NCBI GenBank assembly: GCA_015680685.1
Contig: MNCI01001941.1
Span: 430,515-494,514 of the forward strand
Reading direction: 5' to 3'
From: Gnetum montanum
Lineage: Eukaryota; Plantae; Gnetophyta
Length of the DNA stretch: 64,000 nt
A program made the position numbers and the translations under genes. The notes beneath the pieces are model-generated. The model was not told the DNA's origin, did not search any database, and was given only the letters and a program-made list of their open reading frames with translations. Below, piece after piece: positions 53,164-64,000 of this stretch (positions within the stretch are counted from its first letter, which is position 1; every line of letters starts with the position of its first letter).

Positions 53164-56100
53164 GATCCTATGTTGCCCAGGGGTAGCTACATAGAACAAC
53201 TTAACCCCCAACATGGTTCTTAACCATGGCTTCATGTGGTTTAGACATGGGGCAAAAGAGTTCCTGGCATATTTTCTTTAGAACTTCAATGTGATCACGT
53301 GGTCACACTTGGTGATGAACACTATAGCTATTCTTGCATAGACACTTCTACTAGGATTCGTTAGTTGCATCACAAAGTTCATGGTAGATGATCCCAACAC
53401 TCAAGTAGAGGGTAAGAAGCATGATGGTTTGTTTACATTAGGGGTATTAAAGTTATCCCAGATTCGGGACATGCCTAAGTATGCTTGGTATAATGCTAAC
53501 AAGACCCTAATGATAGGCCATCAGATCAATAGTTTGTTTTAGAATCCTCCCAGAACCTTCCATCTTTTGCAAGCATAAGATCTATCATAATTTTTAATTT
53601 TGTTCATGTTTTTGTTAGGCTATTTGCTCTAATGATTTTTGTGTTCTCATGTATAGGGTACATGATGGATGATTGATCAAAAGTGACAAAGTTCTATTTG
53701 TGGCATACACAATCTTGGAAATATTTACACAAGATTAAGTTATGATATTTGTGATGTTAGAGCAACTACATGATGACTTTAGTAGGTATACCTTATATGT
53801 TTCTTAGGTTTACCATAGGTGTTTGGCTACTAGAATTGCTCATACTTGGTGGGGTCTTTTAGAGTTAGACATACATGCATCCATGATTTCCAAGGCCCCA
53901 ATGTTGCTTAAGGCAAGTATTTTTTTGTTTACGTAAGACCATCATTTTCTATTTGCTTTTCTCTTTGGTTATTTTGGTTTTAACTAGTTAGTTGGTTTTA
54001 GCTTTGTGGTTATACATTTAGTTTTAATTTATTTTTTCACTGTCTGGTGTACCTATGTTGAAAATTAATGGGTTACTTGCTTTGGATTGTAGGTTTAGTG
54101 TGTAAGTCTACTTTTGCTTTGATTACCTCAGGCCATGTGGAGGAGAAAATCATCCATAAGTGGGGTAAAGTAGACTCATAACATGAGTGGTTGGCTAGTA
54201 ATGCTCCTAGGGAGATCCAACAAAGGATCTCTGATGTAGGTTTACTCAATTTATTCATGCTTCATAGCCCATTGATGTCTATAGTAGAGATGGTGAATGT
54301 AATTAATTCCTTTAACAAAGGAGTCAATAAGTTCATCTCTCATGTACATGGTGTGTTTGTGGTTATGAGCATTAATGTGTCTACATTCAATGATCTCTTT
54401 GGTGTACCTTCTGATGGCATCAAGGTTTCCATAAGAGTGGGGAAGGAGGTGAGCCATAGCGAGGAGATGGAGGAATGGCTTAACTCTTGTGGTAGCAGAG
54501 GATTGACCTTTGATTAGTGTAAGGTCAAAGAAGCCAATGAGATGTATCCTCTATTTCATTCTTGAGTGGATCCCTTATTGTTGTCACAAAAGAAGATCAT
54601 AGGTATTCAATAGGCTTGGATCATGAAAAAGGTCCTCACCAATGGTACTAGGTTCAATTGGGCTACATTCTTAGTCTTTGAGTTATGGGTAAAATTTGAA
54701 AATTCTTTACTAACCTTGATATGATATGCCATATGCACTTTGGATTCTTTGCTATGTATCTTAGAAGATTTGTAGAATTCTTGATGGTTAAGAAAGATGG
54801 AAAGTAGGTGAGCTATGATCCCTCTCATTTTTCCAAACCTTAGGCCAAGCACATCATTCCCGTGATGCAGGTCCAAGATCCATCAATTGAGGATACTGGA
54901 GAATCACTATTAGTTACCACTAAGAAGTTTGATGGCATGCATTATTCTTTCCTTGATAGGATGGGGATTGAACCCTATGTTACACATGGTGACACTAAAA
55001 AAGGTAAGAAGGTATGCGTAGAAGCTAACGGTGTAGCTAAAGATAAGCTAAAAACCTCACTAGTTAAAGAAATAGTTCCTGTTGTTTAATAGCCAACACA
55101 TAAGAAGGTATTCATTAGGTTCAACAGGGTGGATTAGTGTGTTACATGTATGCATGCATGCATTTTGTTTCATTATTTTGTATGTTCTTATCTTTTCTTT
55201 GTAATATTATGTATACATATCATGGTTAACAAATAGTTTGCTAACTTATTTTGTGTATTGCCTTTGCCATGATTGTAGGAAGACAAGAAGGTTTGGTAGC
55301 CCAAGTTGCTGCAGAAGTGAAACAAAGACACAAGGAAGAGGAGGAGCAAAGATGCCAAGAGGAGGAAGCTAGAGCACCTAATGAAGCATTGGAAGTCATG
55401 GATACTATTTTTGAGGACTTGCCTCTAGGAGATAACTCCCCTATGGATATATGCCTTATGATCCTCTAGGTACTTATTTAGTCTTCTTTATATTGTTGTT
55501 TTAAAATTTTTTTGTCTATTTTTGTTAACTATGTTGATGGTTATACTTGTAGTACCTAAGCCCATTCTAGAAGCATCTACATCCATGTTTCACTTGAAGC
55601 CTTGGGTTGAGGTTCTAGACAAGGTGGAATATATGCAAGGTATGGTAGATGATATGGTTGATCAGTTGTAATAGATAGATCTCAATGTTGGTAAGAATAG
55701 TTATCATATTTTGTTTTGCACTTCATATTTTTATGTTTTTTTATGTTTTATGTGTACATGATTTTAGTTGTTTAAAATGTTGCTATTATTTTTTTTTTCA
55801 CTATGGCTTTGGTTATTGCAATATCCAAGGTTAGATGGGATCTTGCACATGACATTGAGCTTGATGAGCTCCCTACACTACCACTCGATGTAGAGAATGT
55901 TTTACAAAGGTTATACAAAGGGGCTAATCAATATGTGATCTCATGTGCCATGAATTCTTGGGAGCACCAACACACCAAGGAATTCCTATGGGCTAGAGTG
56001 ATGGCCTTAGAAAAAGAGAACAAGAAGTAGATAGATGAGATTAGGAACCTTAGGGATCGTAAAGAGTTTATAGAGGCTTGTGTAACTGATAGAGACTCTT

Positions 56101-56839
56101 TGTGTACTAAGGAAATCAAGTGGCCACACTATTGGAGTACCATTTAGAGTAAGGTTGCCTTAGCCTAGAGAAACGTGAAAAAGGCTATGTAAATAGAGTT
56201 ATTGATTTGTAAGATGAGAGATTAGAGGGACTATTATGCATGGGTACTTGAGTGGAGCAAAAAAGAAAAAGAATCTCAAGTGGTAGTACAAGGTAGAGAA
56301 GGAGAGTTATCTAAAGTGGTTACATGAAAAGGCCATCAAGAGTCAAAAGCTTGAGTTATTTGTGCAAGGGATAAATGTAGAAGAAACTTTTAAGATGTTT
56401 GAAGGCTCATTAGTAGTGACTAATTCTCTTGCCGCTCAGAGCACTACTACATCTGGAGAGACTATCACTGCCTCCATTTCTTGAGAGCCTCCCTAGTGGA
56501 TAGACATTAAGAGGAGGAATATGTTAGTAGAGGTAGATCTAGGAGAGATCGACTGGGCCAATATGAGCAAAGACAAAATTCTTCATAGGCTATATACCGG
56601 TCTTCAAAACTTTGCCCTAGAAAATATTACACCAAAATCTCCAGAGGTTTGTCTTAAAGTTTTAAAGTTATATGTTATATTTCATGTTTACTTCCTTTTA
56701 GTTTACATGGTTTTAGAGTTATGTTTTGGCTATGATGATTACTAATTGCTTATGTTTTTGTTGTTTATAGTCCTCAAGTGATGGCAATGGCATTGACGAT
56801 GATGTAGGTGATGATCCTTCTTCTTCTTCTCCAGCTTAG
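53164..56839 (+). pseudogene. Decayed multi-exon gene antisense to element E (retrotransposon accessory gene; weak plant-mobile-domain-like segment, coiled coil, acidic tail)
   Basis: Purine-rich coding-like blocks alternate with T-rich introns. Acceptors before 53164, 53657, 54132, 54871, 55279, 55553, 56771; donors at 53913 (GC), 54808, 55108, 55470, 55691, 56647. ORF pieces 54191-54517, 54862-55089, 55251-55469, 55803-56030, 56521-56745; many stops. Confidence 0.6.
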
Positions 56840-57799
56840 TTTTAGCTATTGTTAATCATGCTATATTTTTGTCATTTTGGTTATAGTGTTGGTGTTATTT
56901 ATTTTGGCTACTATAGCCATTGAGGACTGTGTAGTATTTTATTATTGTTTTTGATTATTTCACAGTGCAAATATGGATATGTGACATTTTATTTATTTTT
57001 GCTCTTATGATTACTTCATCACACAATGTGACTATGGCTATTGGTATGGATATTTTGGCTATAATATTTTATTATTTCATATTTTTAGTTTGTTCATTTT
57101 ATGTTTTTCTTACATAAAAGGGGCTAAACGGTTAGAACGATAAGGCTATAAAGAAAAATTTGGCATAAAAAAGCAAAGATATAAGATAAAGTGTAATAGG
57201 TTACAATGTAATAAGAAAAGGGAAGTGATTACATTATCAGTTTTAGGCCCTGGCAAGTCACTAGTTTAAGGCCTTGGTAGGCCAATTTTTTTTATGCTTA
57301 AAATATTTTTATGAAGTTTTATGGTTTTATGTTTTTATGGAATTTTATAGTTTTAAAGGTAAACATAAAGGGAAAATAGGCATAAATCGTAAACATAATG
57401 CAAGAATGTAAAGCAAAGGCTATGTAGTAGATAAGTCAATAAGGCTTAATAATGCTAAAACTTGTAAAGTAAGGTAAAAAAATGAAATATATAGATAAAG
57501 GTTGAGAATTAGGTTACAAAGTAAAAGGCTATATGTTATAGTACACAATTGAATGATTAGGAGGTGTACTTAGTTATGTAATTGTTTCCTAATCTTTGAA
57601 AGATTAGGGAATGCATAAGGTCTCTATTGCATGATCTTGTACTCTCTATTGCAAAAGGGAAGTGATTACATTATCAGTTTTAGGCCCTGGCAAGTCACTA
57701 GTTTAAGNNNNNNNNNNNNNNNNNNNNNNNNNNNNNNNNNNNNNNNNNNNNNNNNNNNNNNNNNNNGGTGGTGGTGGTGGTGTTGGGTGGTCTTCTTGC

Positions 57800-59130
57800 A
57801 TTGTTTTGTTGGTGACTATTTATTCTTTGGTTGCAAAGAAATTGTCACATTGGCCATTATGGGAGGATGTTGATCAACTTGGATTGTAGGCGTAGTGTAA
57901 ATGGAAGGGGGCACTCTAATGATGAATGGTTCCTTGGGAGGCACAGGTGATGGTATTCTTATTACAAAAGGAGTTCTTGAACTTGATGAAGTTGAAGGAC
58001 CCCTTTGATCATGAGGAGCTACCCAAACCATAAATGACTCATTAGTAGGTTGAGGATTGTTGCTAATTTTGAATGTTGTTATTGTGTAAGCATTGTTGTT
58101 AGCATTTAAGAATCTTTGTACACCTACATGCTTTGGTTTTGAGGCCTAACTAGATTTGACATATCTAATACCAATTTACCATTATCTATCATTTTTTGTA
58201 AATCATCCTTTAACACTACGCAAAAATTTGTGTCATGGCCTAGAAGCTGGTGGTAATGGTAGAATCGATCTAGTTTAAAGTATTTTGGCACAGGTGGATC
58301 ATCCTTGGTTGCAATGGTGGGATCCTTAGCAATTTGAAATAAATAGTCATACCTCTTGTGGGAAATTTTGGTCATTTGTTTGTATTGTATGCAACCACTT
58401 TTGAGCAACTAGTTAAGAAGTTGAGATAGTTTCAAGGGAAATTTTTAATATTTGGACCAATCCTTTCTCTTAAAGTTAGACCTAGACTGATTAGATGTAT
58501 AGGCACCCAATGTTGAAGGTTTGGCGACGGTGGTAGGAGCCTTTTTTTGAGTTATTTTTGGTCGTGTTGTTTTTATTTCTTTGGTCACAGTGGCCATGGC
58601 TACATGGTTTTGCTTCCCTTTATTCCTATCCTTTCTCATGTGTTGATTCTTGTATGTTATGTAGGTAGGATAACCACTGGCTTTAGTAGCATCCTTAATG
58701 TTTTTCATTTGGGAGAAGGCTTGGCCAAGGGATTGTGGGTCTAGGTAGTATAGTTTAGACTTAATAAAGTTGTTGAATACTTTCTTGAAGATGGGAAAAA
58801 GATGAGTCTCAGCTATGGGTTTAGGAATCTCATTGTGGAGAGCATTTCATCATTATATCAACTTCTATATATGTTCAAGGGGTTCTTATTTAATCTTCAT
58901 TAGTTGATCAAGTATTGTATTGAGTTTCAAGTTATACTTGAAATGGTTAATAAATTGAGAAATCAAATCCTCTAATAAGTTAATGGATCCTCTAAGTAAA
59001 GTGTGATACTAATTCAAGGCTTTCCTGGTAAGGGACATAGGGAAGACACACATAATAGTGTCAAGCCAAACTTGTAATAATAAGCATTCAGAATAGAAAG
59101 TAACGAGGTGTGAGTTTGGGTCACCCTTAC
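57800..59130 (-). pseudogene. gag: Decayed Ogre/Tat-type gag, cut at 59130 by insertion of F
   Basis: Minus strand: KGDPNSHLVTFYSEC...FPMSLTRKALN*YHTL...LISQFINHF (retrotransposon gag); FYHYHQLLGHDTNFCVVLKDDLQKMIDNG (Tat/Ogre-type knuckle). Confidence 0.8.
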
Positions 59131-59155
59131 TGATGAGACACGACCTGCATGTGCC

Positions 59156-59200
59156 GCGATATCACGTCTTACCCTGCGATATCGCGTACGCGATATCGCG
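59156..59200. promoter_or_regulatory. GATATC-core palindromes upstream of the F LTR TATA box
   Basis: Perfect 24-bp palindrome GCGATATCGCGTACGCGATATCGC at 59176-59199; homologues in B at 7541-7578 and 4229-4270. Confidence 0.65.
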
Positions 59201-59463
59201 TCCCACCGTCATATCTATAAATAAGAGGTGGCACTCCCTTCATTTCCCAATCCTGGCTAGAAGTAGCGAAGCTCTGGCAGATTGATCACTCCAGAGTTAG
59301 AATTTTTCCCATGTGCCTGCAGTAGGAGTCCTAGAGTGAACGGCTCTTTATTTGAGCAGCTTGTAACCTGAACCCAAGTTGTGTACGGCAATAAAGACGA
59401 ACTTGTTTGGATAAACCTTGCAGCACGTGGTTTCATTTATTGCTTTATTTCCTGCTTTCCTAG

Positions 59464-59888
59464 TGCGTTCAAGTACGACTTGATTACGAGCGTCTACGGA
59501 CGTGTACGGCTAGTCAAGGAATCGGCTGCTTGACGCAATGCATGAGTACGACTCAATTACGAGCATTGGATGCTTGGTAACCCAGTAGCGTATTCCAGGA
59601 TTCTGCGCTTGGTAACTCCCGGGTCTAATGTGTACGGCTAGTTGAGGAATCGGCTGCTCATTGCTAGGCTAGATCGTGTGATAAGTACGACTTAGTTACG
59701 AGCACCCACGGGTGTGTACGGCTGGCTAAGGAATCGGCTGCTTATCACACGTAGGCTAAATAGGTGCCTCAGTACGACCACTTCGAGCACTTGCGTTACG
59801 TGTGGCGATCCCAGTAACGATTAGCGTTTGGTAAGCTGCAGTTGCATAGTTCAGGGTGTGTCCGGTAAGTGGGAACGGATGCTGACGC
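59464..59888 (+). other. Four tandem copies of a structured RNA module in the U5 of F (59464-59537, 59540-59664, 59675-59751, 59766-59888); one homologue in the B 3' LTR (7886-8035)
   Basis: Loop sequences are conserved while stems vary but stay complementary (see findings). Confidence 0.82.
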
Positions 59889-60315
59889 TAGTTAATTTAG
59901 ACTTAGATCTTTAGTTAGAGTTAGCTTGGTTTCTCAACCCTTTCTCCTGGTAGCATAGAAGATAAGCCAAAAATACCAAAAAAATCACATACCTCAGACT
60001 TGCTTAACCATACACCGTGACACTTACAAGCAAGCCTGGGAAGACAACGAACGATTAACCCCAAGTGTTTCTTGTGGTGTTAAGGCATTTAGTCTGCGGA
60101 GTTCGACCGGATCGCGCGTGCACGCTCGTATTCGTATGGTTGAGTGTAGGGGTACCTCGCCACTCATCATTGGCGCCGTTGCCGGGGACTAAGTGTTTTT
60201 ACGCCAATTGAACATAAGGGATATCACTCACATCGTTGTGAGCCTAAAACGAACCTTAGGGTTAATCAGTTAATTCAGAACATAAATAACGGTGAAAATT
60301 AGCACACCATTAGAA

Positions 60316-62802
60316 ATGGCTTCTTCTCATGCAATCAACTCACCTAAGGACAATACAGGAGAAAGTCAGGATCATACGCATAACCGAAATCAACCATGTC
60401 CTCAACAATCCAAAGTCACATATACTCATCCCGATGAGTATGTGCCAGATTTTACCTTTGTTTTCCATCAAGATGAGCAACTGCGGTGGAGAGACATGCA
60501 AGGTAACATCGTGTTACCCCCAGATCGATCCGCTCCCAACATGCTTTCCCGTGCTTTGGTACAGTATGGCATGCATGAGCTGCTTGCTGAATACGTTTTG
60601 GATGATTATGACACAAGGGATTATCATCCCACAAATGCCCAACGTATTCGGGATGCAAGGCAGGAGAGCCAACATTCACTATTGAAGGGCAAGGTTCCCC
60701 ACGTCATTAGTGAAATAGGAGAAGAGGAACCCCTCACGATGGGTTTCTTAGAAAATGATGTTCCTCCTCCTCACTCTAGTGAAGAGGTTAGGCATCAGGG
60801 CCTTAGATCAACGATACATATTCCAGGCTCTGATCCCCGTGAGCACCAGCTGTTCACGGCAGGAACAATCACTCGCACTAATGACGGACTCGTTGATCGT
60901 CACAACGATCGGGGCCGAAGCAGCCGAAGAGAAGGCAAGAAACATCACCATGGTGATGGATCCCCTTCTTCTTCCCCTTCATCACATCATTCACCCTCTC
61001 CTTCCACATCTGGGCGCAGCCACCATGAGCATAACGCGGAAAGTAAAGGTAGAAGAGATGAAATGCCTCGACAAGAAGGTCGAGAGGAGTTAGGACAAGG
61101 GCAAGGACGTAGGGAGAATAGGGAACCACAACGTAGACATCACAGACGTCATGAAAGAGATGATCATGACGAACCCCTATTCGCAACCCGAAGTATGCTT
61201 GATATTAGAGAGGCAGTTAGGATTCCCACAAGGCATTTGAAAGACAGTAGGATCAAGCGTTTGGATATAAATAATATCCCACGTTTTGAAGGGGGATACA
61301 ACGCTGATCCTCAACATCATTTACAGGCATTCCACGATGCCTGTGCCTTGCAGAACATAGACAATGAGTGGCAGAAACTCAAGTTGTTCCCAAGGACACT
61401 CACTAAAGAAGCAGAAAGCTGGTACCGGTCCTTAGAACCGGAAACCATCAGGAGGTGGAGTACGATGCTTGAATTGTTCAACAACAAATATCAAACGTAC
61501 TCCAGAGTGTCTAACTTGCGTAAGCAGATCCAAGGCTGGAAACAAGGAGCTCATGAATCCTTGGATGCTGCCATGGCCCGTTACTACACACTGCTACATC
61601 GTTGCCCGGGCCATGGGTACGCTAAACGGGATCAACTTCGCCACCTCGTGGATGGGCTACGAAATGAAACGAGAAGAACTCTTGGGACTTACGCCCAAGG
61701 GAGACTCTCCCAATTAAGAGCCCATGAAGTTGAAGTTTTGTTGGAACAAGTAGCGCAAGAAGAGGGTGAGCTACGTAAAAGAGAAAGTGCGGAGGAATAC
61801 AACCGCGATCCCTCCCTTCGCAAGAAGGGAGTGAAATTCTGTGATGAGGAGGATGAGTCACCACTCGAAGAGTTGGTGAACAGGAAAACCGTGCCGATCC
61901 AAAAGTTAACAACGGAGGTATCGGCTAAGGTAGACCAAATGTGGGATTCCTTAGACTCACGAATAGAAACAGTTTTGAAAATTGTAGAGGAGTCTAAGGA
62001 TGAGCAAAGTAGTGATAAAGGCAAAAACATGCGGAGAAACTTTAACCCTGCACATAACAAGGGTAAGGGAAAAATCTCTAACTCCGATGAGGCTGAAAAT
62101 TCTGATTCAGACAATGATGGTGGATGTGAGGTCTGCTACTATGACCATCCTAAGGGATGTTGTCCAATTATCTCACATCTGCAGGAGTCTGGGGTGTATG
62201 CATTAAATCCAAGACTTAATCAACGGCAAACACCCCGAAGGTTACCTTATCCACAAGGTAACCCAAGGCAGTTCCACCAACCCTTGACGTATTATCCAAG
62301 TGGAACGCCTCCGCAGCCCATTGGACAACACCAGCAGTGGCAATACCCACAGTCATGGGGGATGCCACCGCCAACACATCAATACCCTTACCGGCAGCCT
62401 GATCCTTATGGTTATTATGTGCAGCAGCCGGTTTCTCCAGGTGACTCTATGAGTCACACTACCCCCCAACGTCACTACCAAGCTCGGGAGTACTTCAGAA
62501 GGACTCCTTCTCCTCCGGGAGACATCCCACATTCCGTCCATCCTCTAACTCCACCCGCACCTCTTCCTCAAGTAGTTCCCATAACACCTCCTGCTCCAAC
62601 AATGCAAGGGGAACTTCCTCCTCAACCGCAGCAACGTCACGCTGCGAGAGCTGTAAATATCCAACCGGGTACTAGTTCTGGCGACAACTGTACAAAGAAG
62701 AGACCTTTTTTCAGAACTAAGAGCCCAGACAGACTCTCGCAACAACAAGCGGTTGAGGCCATGTATAGGCCTCTAACTACTAACGCTTCGGAGCACCCTT
62801 AA
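60316..62802 (+). CDS. gag: Gag of element F
   Basis: Long open frame; IPRFEGGYNADPQHHLQAF, KLKLFPRTLTKEAESWYRSL, CEVCYYDHPKGCCP knuckle, Pro/Gln-rich tail. Confidence 0.9.
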   Translation: MASSHAINSPKDNTGESQDHTHNRNQPCPQQSKVTYTHPDEYVPDFTFVFHQDEQLRWRDMQGNIVLPPDRSAPNMLSRALVQYGMHELLAEYVLDDYDTRDYHPTNAQRIRDARQESQHSLLKGKVPHVISEIGEEEPLTMGFLENDVPPPHSSEEVRHQGLRSTIHIPGSDPREHQLFTAGTITRTNDGLVDRHNDRGRSSRREGKKHHHGDGSPSSSPSSHHSPSPSTSGRSHHEHNAESKGRRDEMPRQEGREELGQGQGRRENREPQRRHHRRHERDDHDEPLFATRSMLDIREAVRIPTRHLKDSRIKRLDINNIPRFEGGYNADPQHHLQAFHDACALQNIDNEWQKLKLFPRTLTKEAESWYRSLEPETIRRWSTMLELFNNKYQTYSRVSNLRKQIQGWKQGAHESLDAAMARYYTLLHRCPGHGYAKRDQLRHLVDGLRNETRRTLGTYAQGRLSQLRAHEVEVLLEQVAQEEGELRKRESAEEYNRDPSLRKKGVKFCDEEDESPLEELVNRKTVPIQKLTTEVSAKVDQMWDSLDSRIETVLKIVEESKDEQSSDKGKNMRRNFNPAHNKGKGKISNSDEAENSDSDNDGGCEVCYYDHPKGCCPIISHLQESGVYALNPRLNQRQTPRRLPYPQGNPRQFHQPLTYYPSGTPPQPIGQHQQWQYPQSWGMPPPTHQYPYRQPDPYGYYVQQPVSPGDSMSHTTPQRHYQAREYFRRTPSPPGDIPHSVHPLTPPAPLPQVVPITPPAPTMQGELPPQPQQRHAARAVNIQPGTSSGDNCTKKRPFFRTKSPDRLSQQQAVEAMYRPLTTNASEHP

Positions 62803-63220
62803 GTCCAAGGGAGTGTAACGCATACAGTTATGTTAACACATATCGTAACTGACTGGATCAAGGTAGGCCACCTTCCCAAGAAACTAACTGACCCTGGGAG
62901 TCCCTTTATTTATTTGCAGATCGCTGGGAATGTACCACATCGAGCTCTTCTTGACTCAGGTTCCGGAGTCAACTTAATTTCGCAGAAGATGTATCATGCC
63001 TGGAACCTGCCCCAACTTAAGAAGAGCAACATCCAACTAGAGTTGGCAGACCAGTCCATCACTATTCCCTTGGGATTAGTGGAGGATGTTATTACCACTG
63101 TGGGTGGTTGGTCCTACCCAGCGGATTTCCTAGTGATCGATGTTGCCAACAACGAAGGGGACTTCCCAATTATATTGGGAAGGGCATGGCTAAGCACAGT
63201 AGATGCATGCCTTAGGATCC
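62803..63220 (+). CDS. Aspartic protease of F; same frame as gag after a single TAA; runs into an N gap
   Basis: LPKKLTDPGSP, ALLDSGSGVNL, PADFLVID, PIILGRAWLST. Confidence 0.9.
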
Positions 63221-64000
63221 NNNNNNNNNNNNNNNNNNNNNNNNNNNNNNNNNNNNNNNNNNNNNNNNNNNNNNNNNNNNNNNNNNNNNNNNNNNNNNNN
63301 NNNNNNNNNNNNNNNNNNNNNNNNNNNNNNNNNNNNNNNNNNNNNNNNNNNNNNNNNNNNNNNNNNNNNNNNNNNNNNNNNNNNNNNNNNNNNNNNNNNN
63401 NNNNNNNNNNNNNNNNNNNNNNNNNNNNNNNNNNNNNNNNNNNNNNNNNNNNNNNNNNNNNNNNNNNNNNNNNNNNNNNNNNNNNNNNNNNNNNNNNNNN
63501 NNNNNNNNNNNNNNNNNNNNNNNNNNNNNNNNNNNNNNNNNNNNNNNNNNNNNNNNNNNNNNNNNNNNNNNNNNNNNNNNNNNNNNNNNNNNNNNNNNNN
63601 NNNNNNNNNNNNNNNNNNNNNNNNNNNNNNNNNNNNNNNNNNNNNNNNNNNNNNNNNNNNNNNNNNNNNNNNNNNNNNNNNNNNNNNNNNNNNNNNNNNN
63701 NNNNNNNNNNNNNNNNNNNNNNNNNNNNNNNNNNNNNNNNNNNNNNNNNNNNNNNNNNNNNNNNNNNNNNNNNNNNNNNNNNNNNNNNNNNNNNNNNNNN
63801 NNNNNNNNNNNNNNNNNNNNNNNNNNNNNNNNNNNNNNNNNNNNNNNNNNNNNNNNNNNNNNNNNNNNNNNNNNNNNNNNNNNNNNNNNNNNNNNNNACT
63901 TTTAATGTTTTTGTTTTACATCATCGTTATACCTTTTCTACTTTTTGTGTGTGTGTGTGTCATCCATCATGTAAGTTCGTCACCCAATAAGTGTTCGGGC

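Larger units (their letters stand above)
36632..59130 (-). mobile_element. Element E: old Ogre/Tat-type Ty3/gypsy element (limits approximate), interrupted by G and F
   Basis: Candidate LTR end TGTAGTGC at 36632; pol relic 38870-48845 and gag relic 57800-59130, both on the minus strand; same palindrome family at ~37290 and 49200-50950. That gag and pol belong to one element is inferred, not proven. Confidence 0.6.
59131..64000 (+). mobile_element. Element F: younger Athila/Tat-type Ty3/gypsy related to B (5' part only)
   Basis: 5' LTR 59131-60169 (TGATGAG...CTCATCA); TATA (TATAAAT) at ~59216; AATAAA at ~59390; PBS TGGCGCCGTTGCCGGGGA at 60171-60188; candidate TSD CTTAC (59126-30). Confidence 0.93.

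Noticed and set aside
59126-59175. Hammerhead ribozyme core CUGAUGA at the start of the F and B LTRs (retrozyme-like)
   Set aside because: The C comes from the target site, TGATGAG is simply the LTR terminal inverted repeat, and no stem II-GAAA-stem III follows.
59464-59888. CRISPR-like or simple tandem array
   Set aside because: Eukaryotic LTR context with no cas genes. The variable parts base-pair with each other rather than acting as unique spacers.
62797-62830. Programmed stop-codon readthrough between gag and protease in F
   Set aside because: The equivalent position in B reads CAA GTC CAA (~2490-2500) where F has TAA GTC CAA, so a C-to-T mutation is the simpler explanation. The context is also not the CARYYA readthrough signal.

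Overview
Plant nuclear DNA from a gapped assembly, made mostly of nested LTR retrotransposons. The only host-gene segment I recognise is the last four exons of a homogentisate phytyltransferase (VTE2/HPT)-like UbiA prenyltransferase (34080-34648, +). Elements resolved by termini, PBS/PPT and target-site duplications (TSDs): (A) a copia-type LTR family (minus-strand LTR at 1-8441, plus an inverted solo copy at 10542-12182); (B) an Athila/Tat-type gypsy element with gag and an extra ORF but no pol (266-8321); (C) a decayed Tekay-type chromovirus (12243-31391) whose LTRs host (D) a young copia (13182-18130), a solo LTR and two related hAT-like non-autonomous elements; (E) a decayed Ogre/Tat-type element (~36632-59130) interrupted by (G) a pol-less Sirevirus (41557-48199) and (F) a younger relative of B (59131 to window end). 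Most notable: (1) a repeated RNA module with compensatory base changes, two conserved asymmetric internal loops and UNCG/YNMG tetraloops, in four copies in the U5 of F and one in B; (2) a third, inverted LTR+PBS copy inside the pol of D; (3) a multi-exon antisense gene relic between gag and pol of E; (4) family-specific palindromes placed both in the LTR and in front of the accessory ORF in three unrelated lineages. All alignments and folds were done by eye; no database searches were run.
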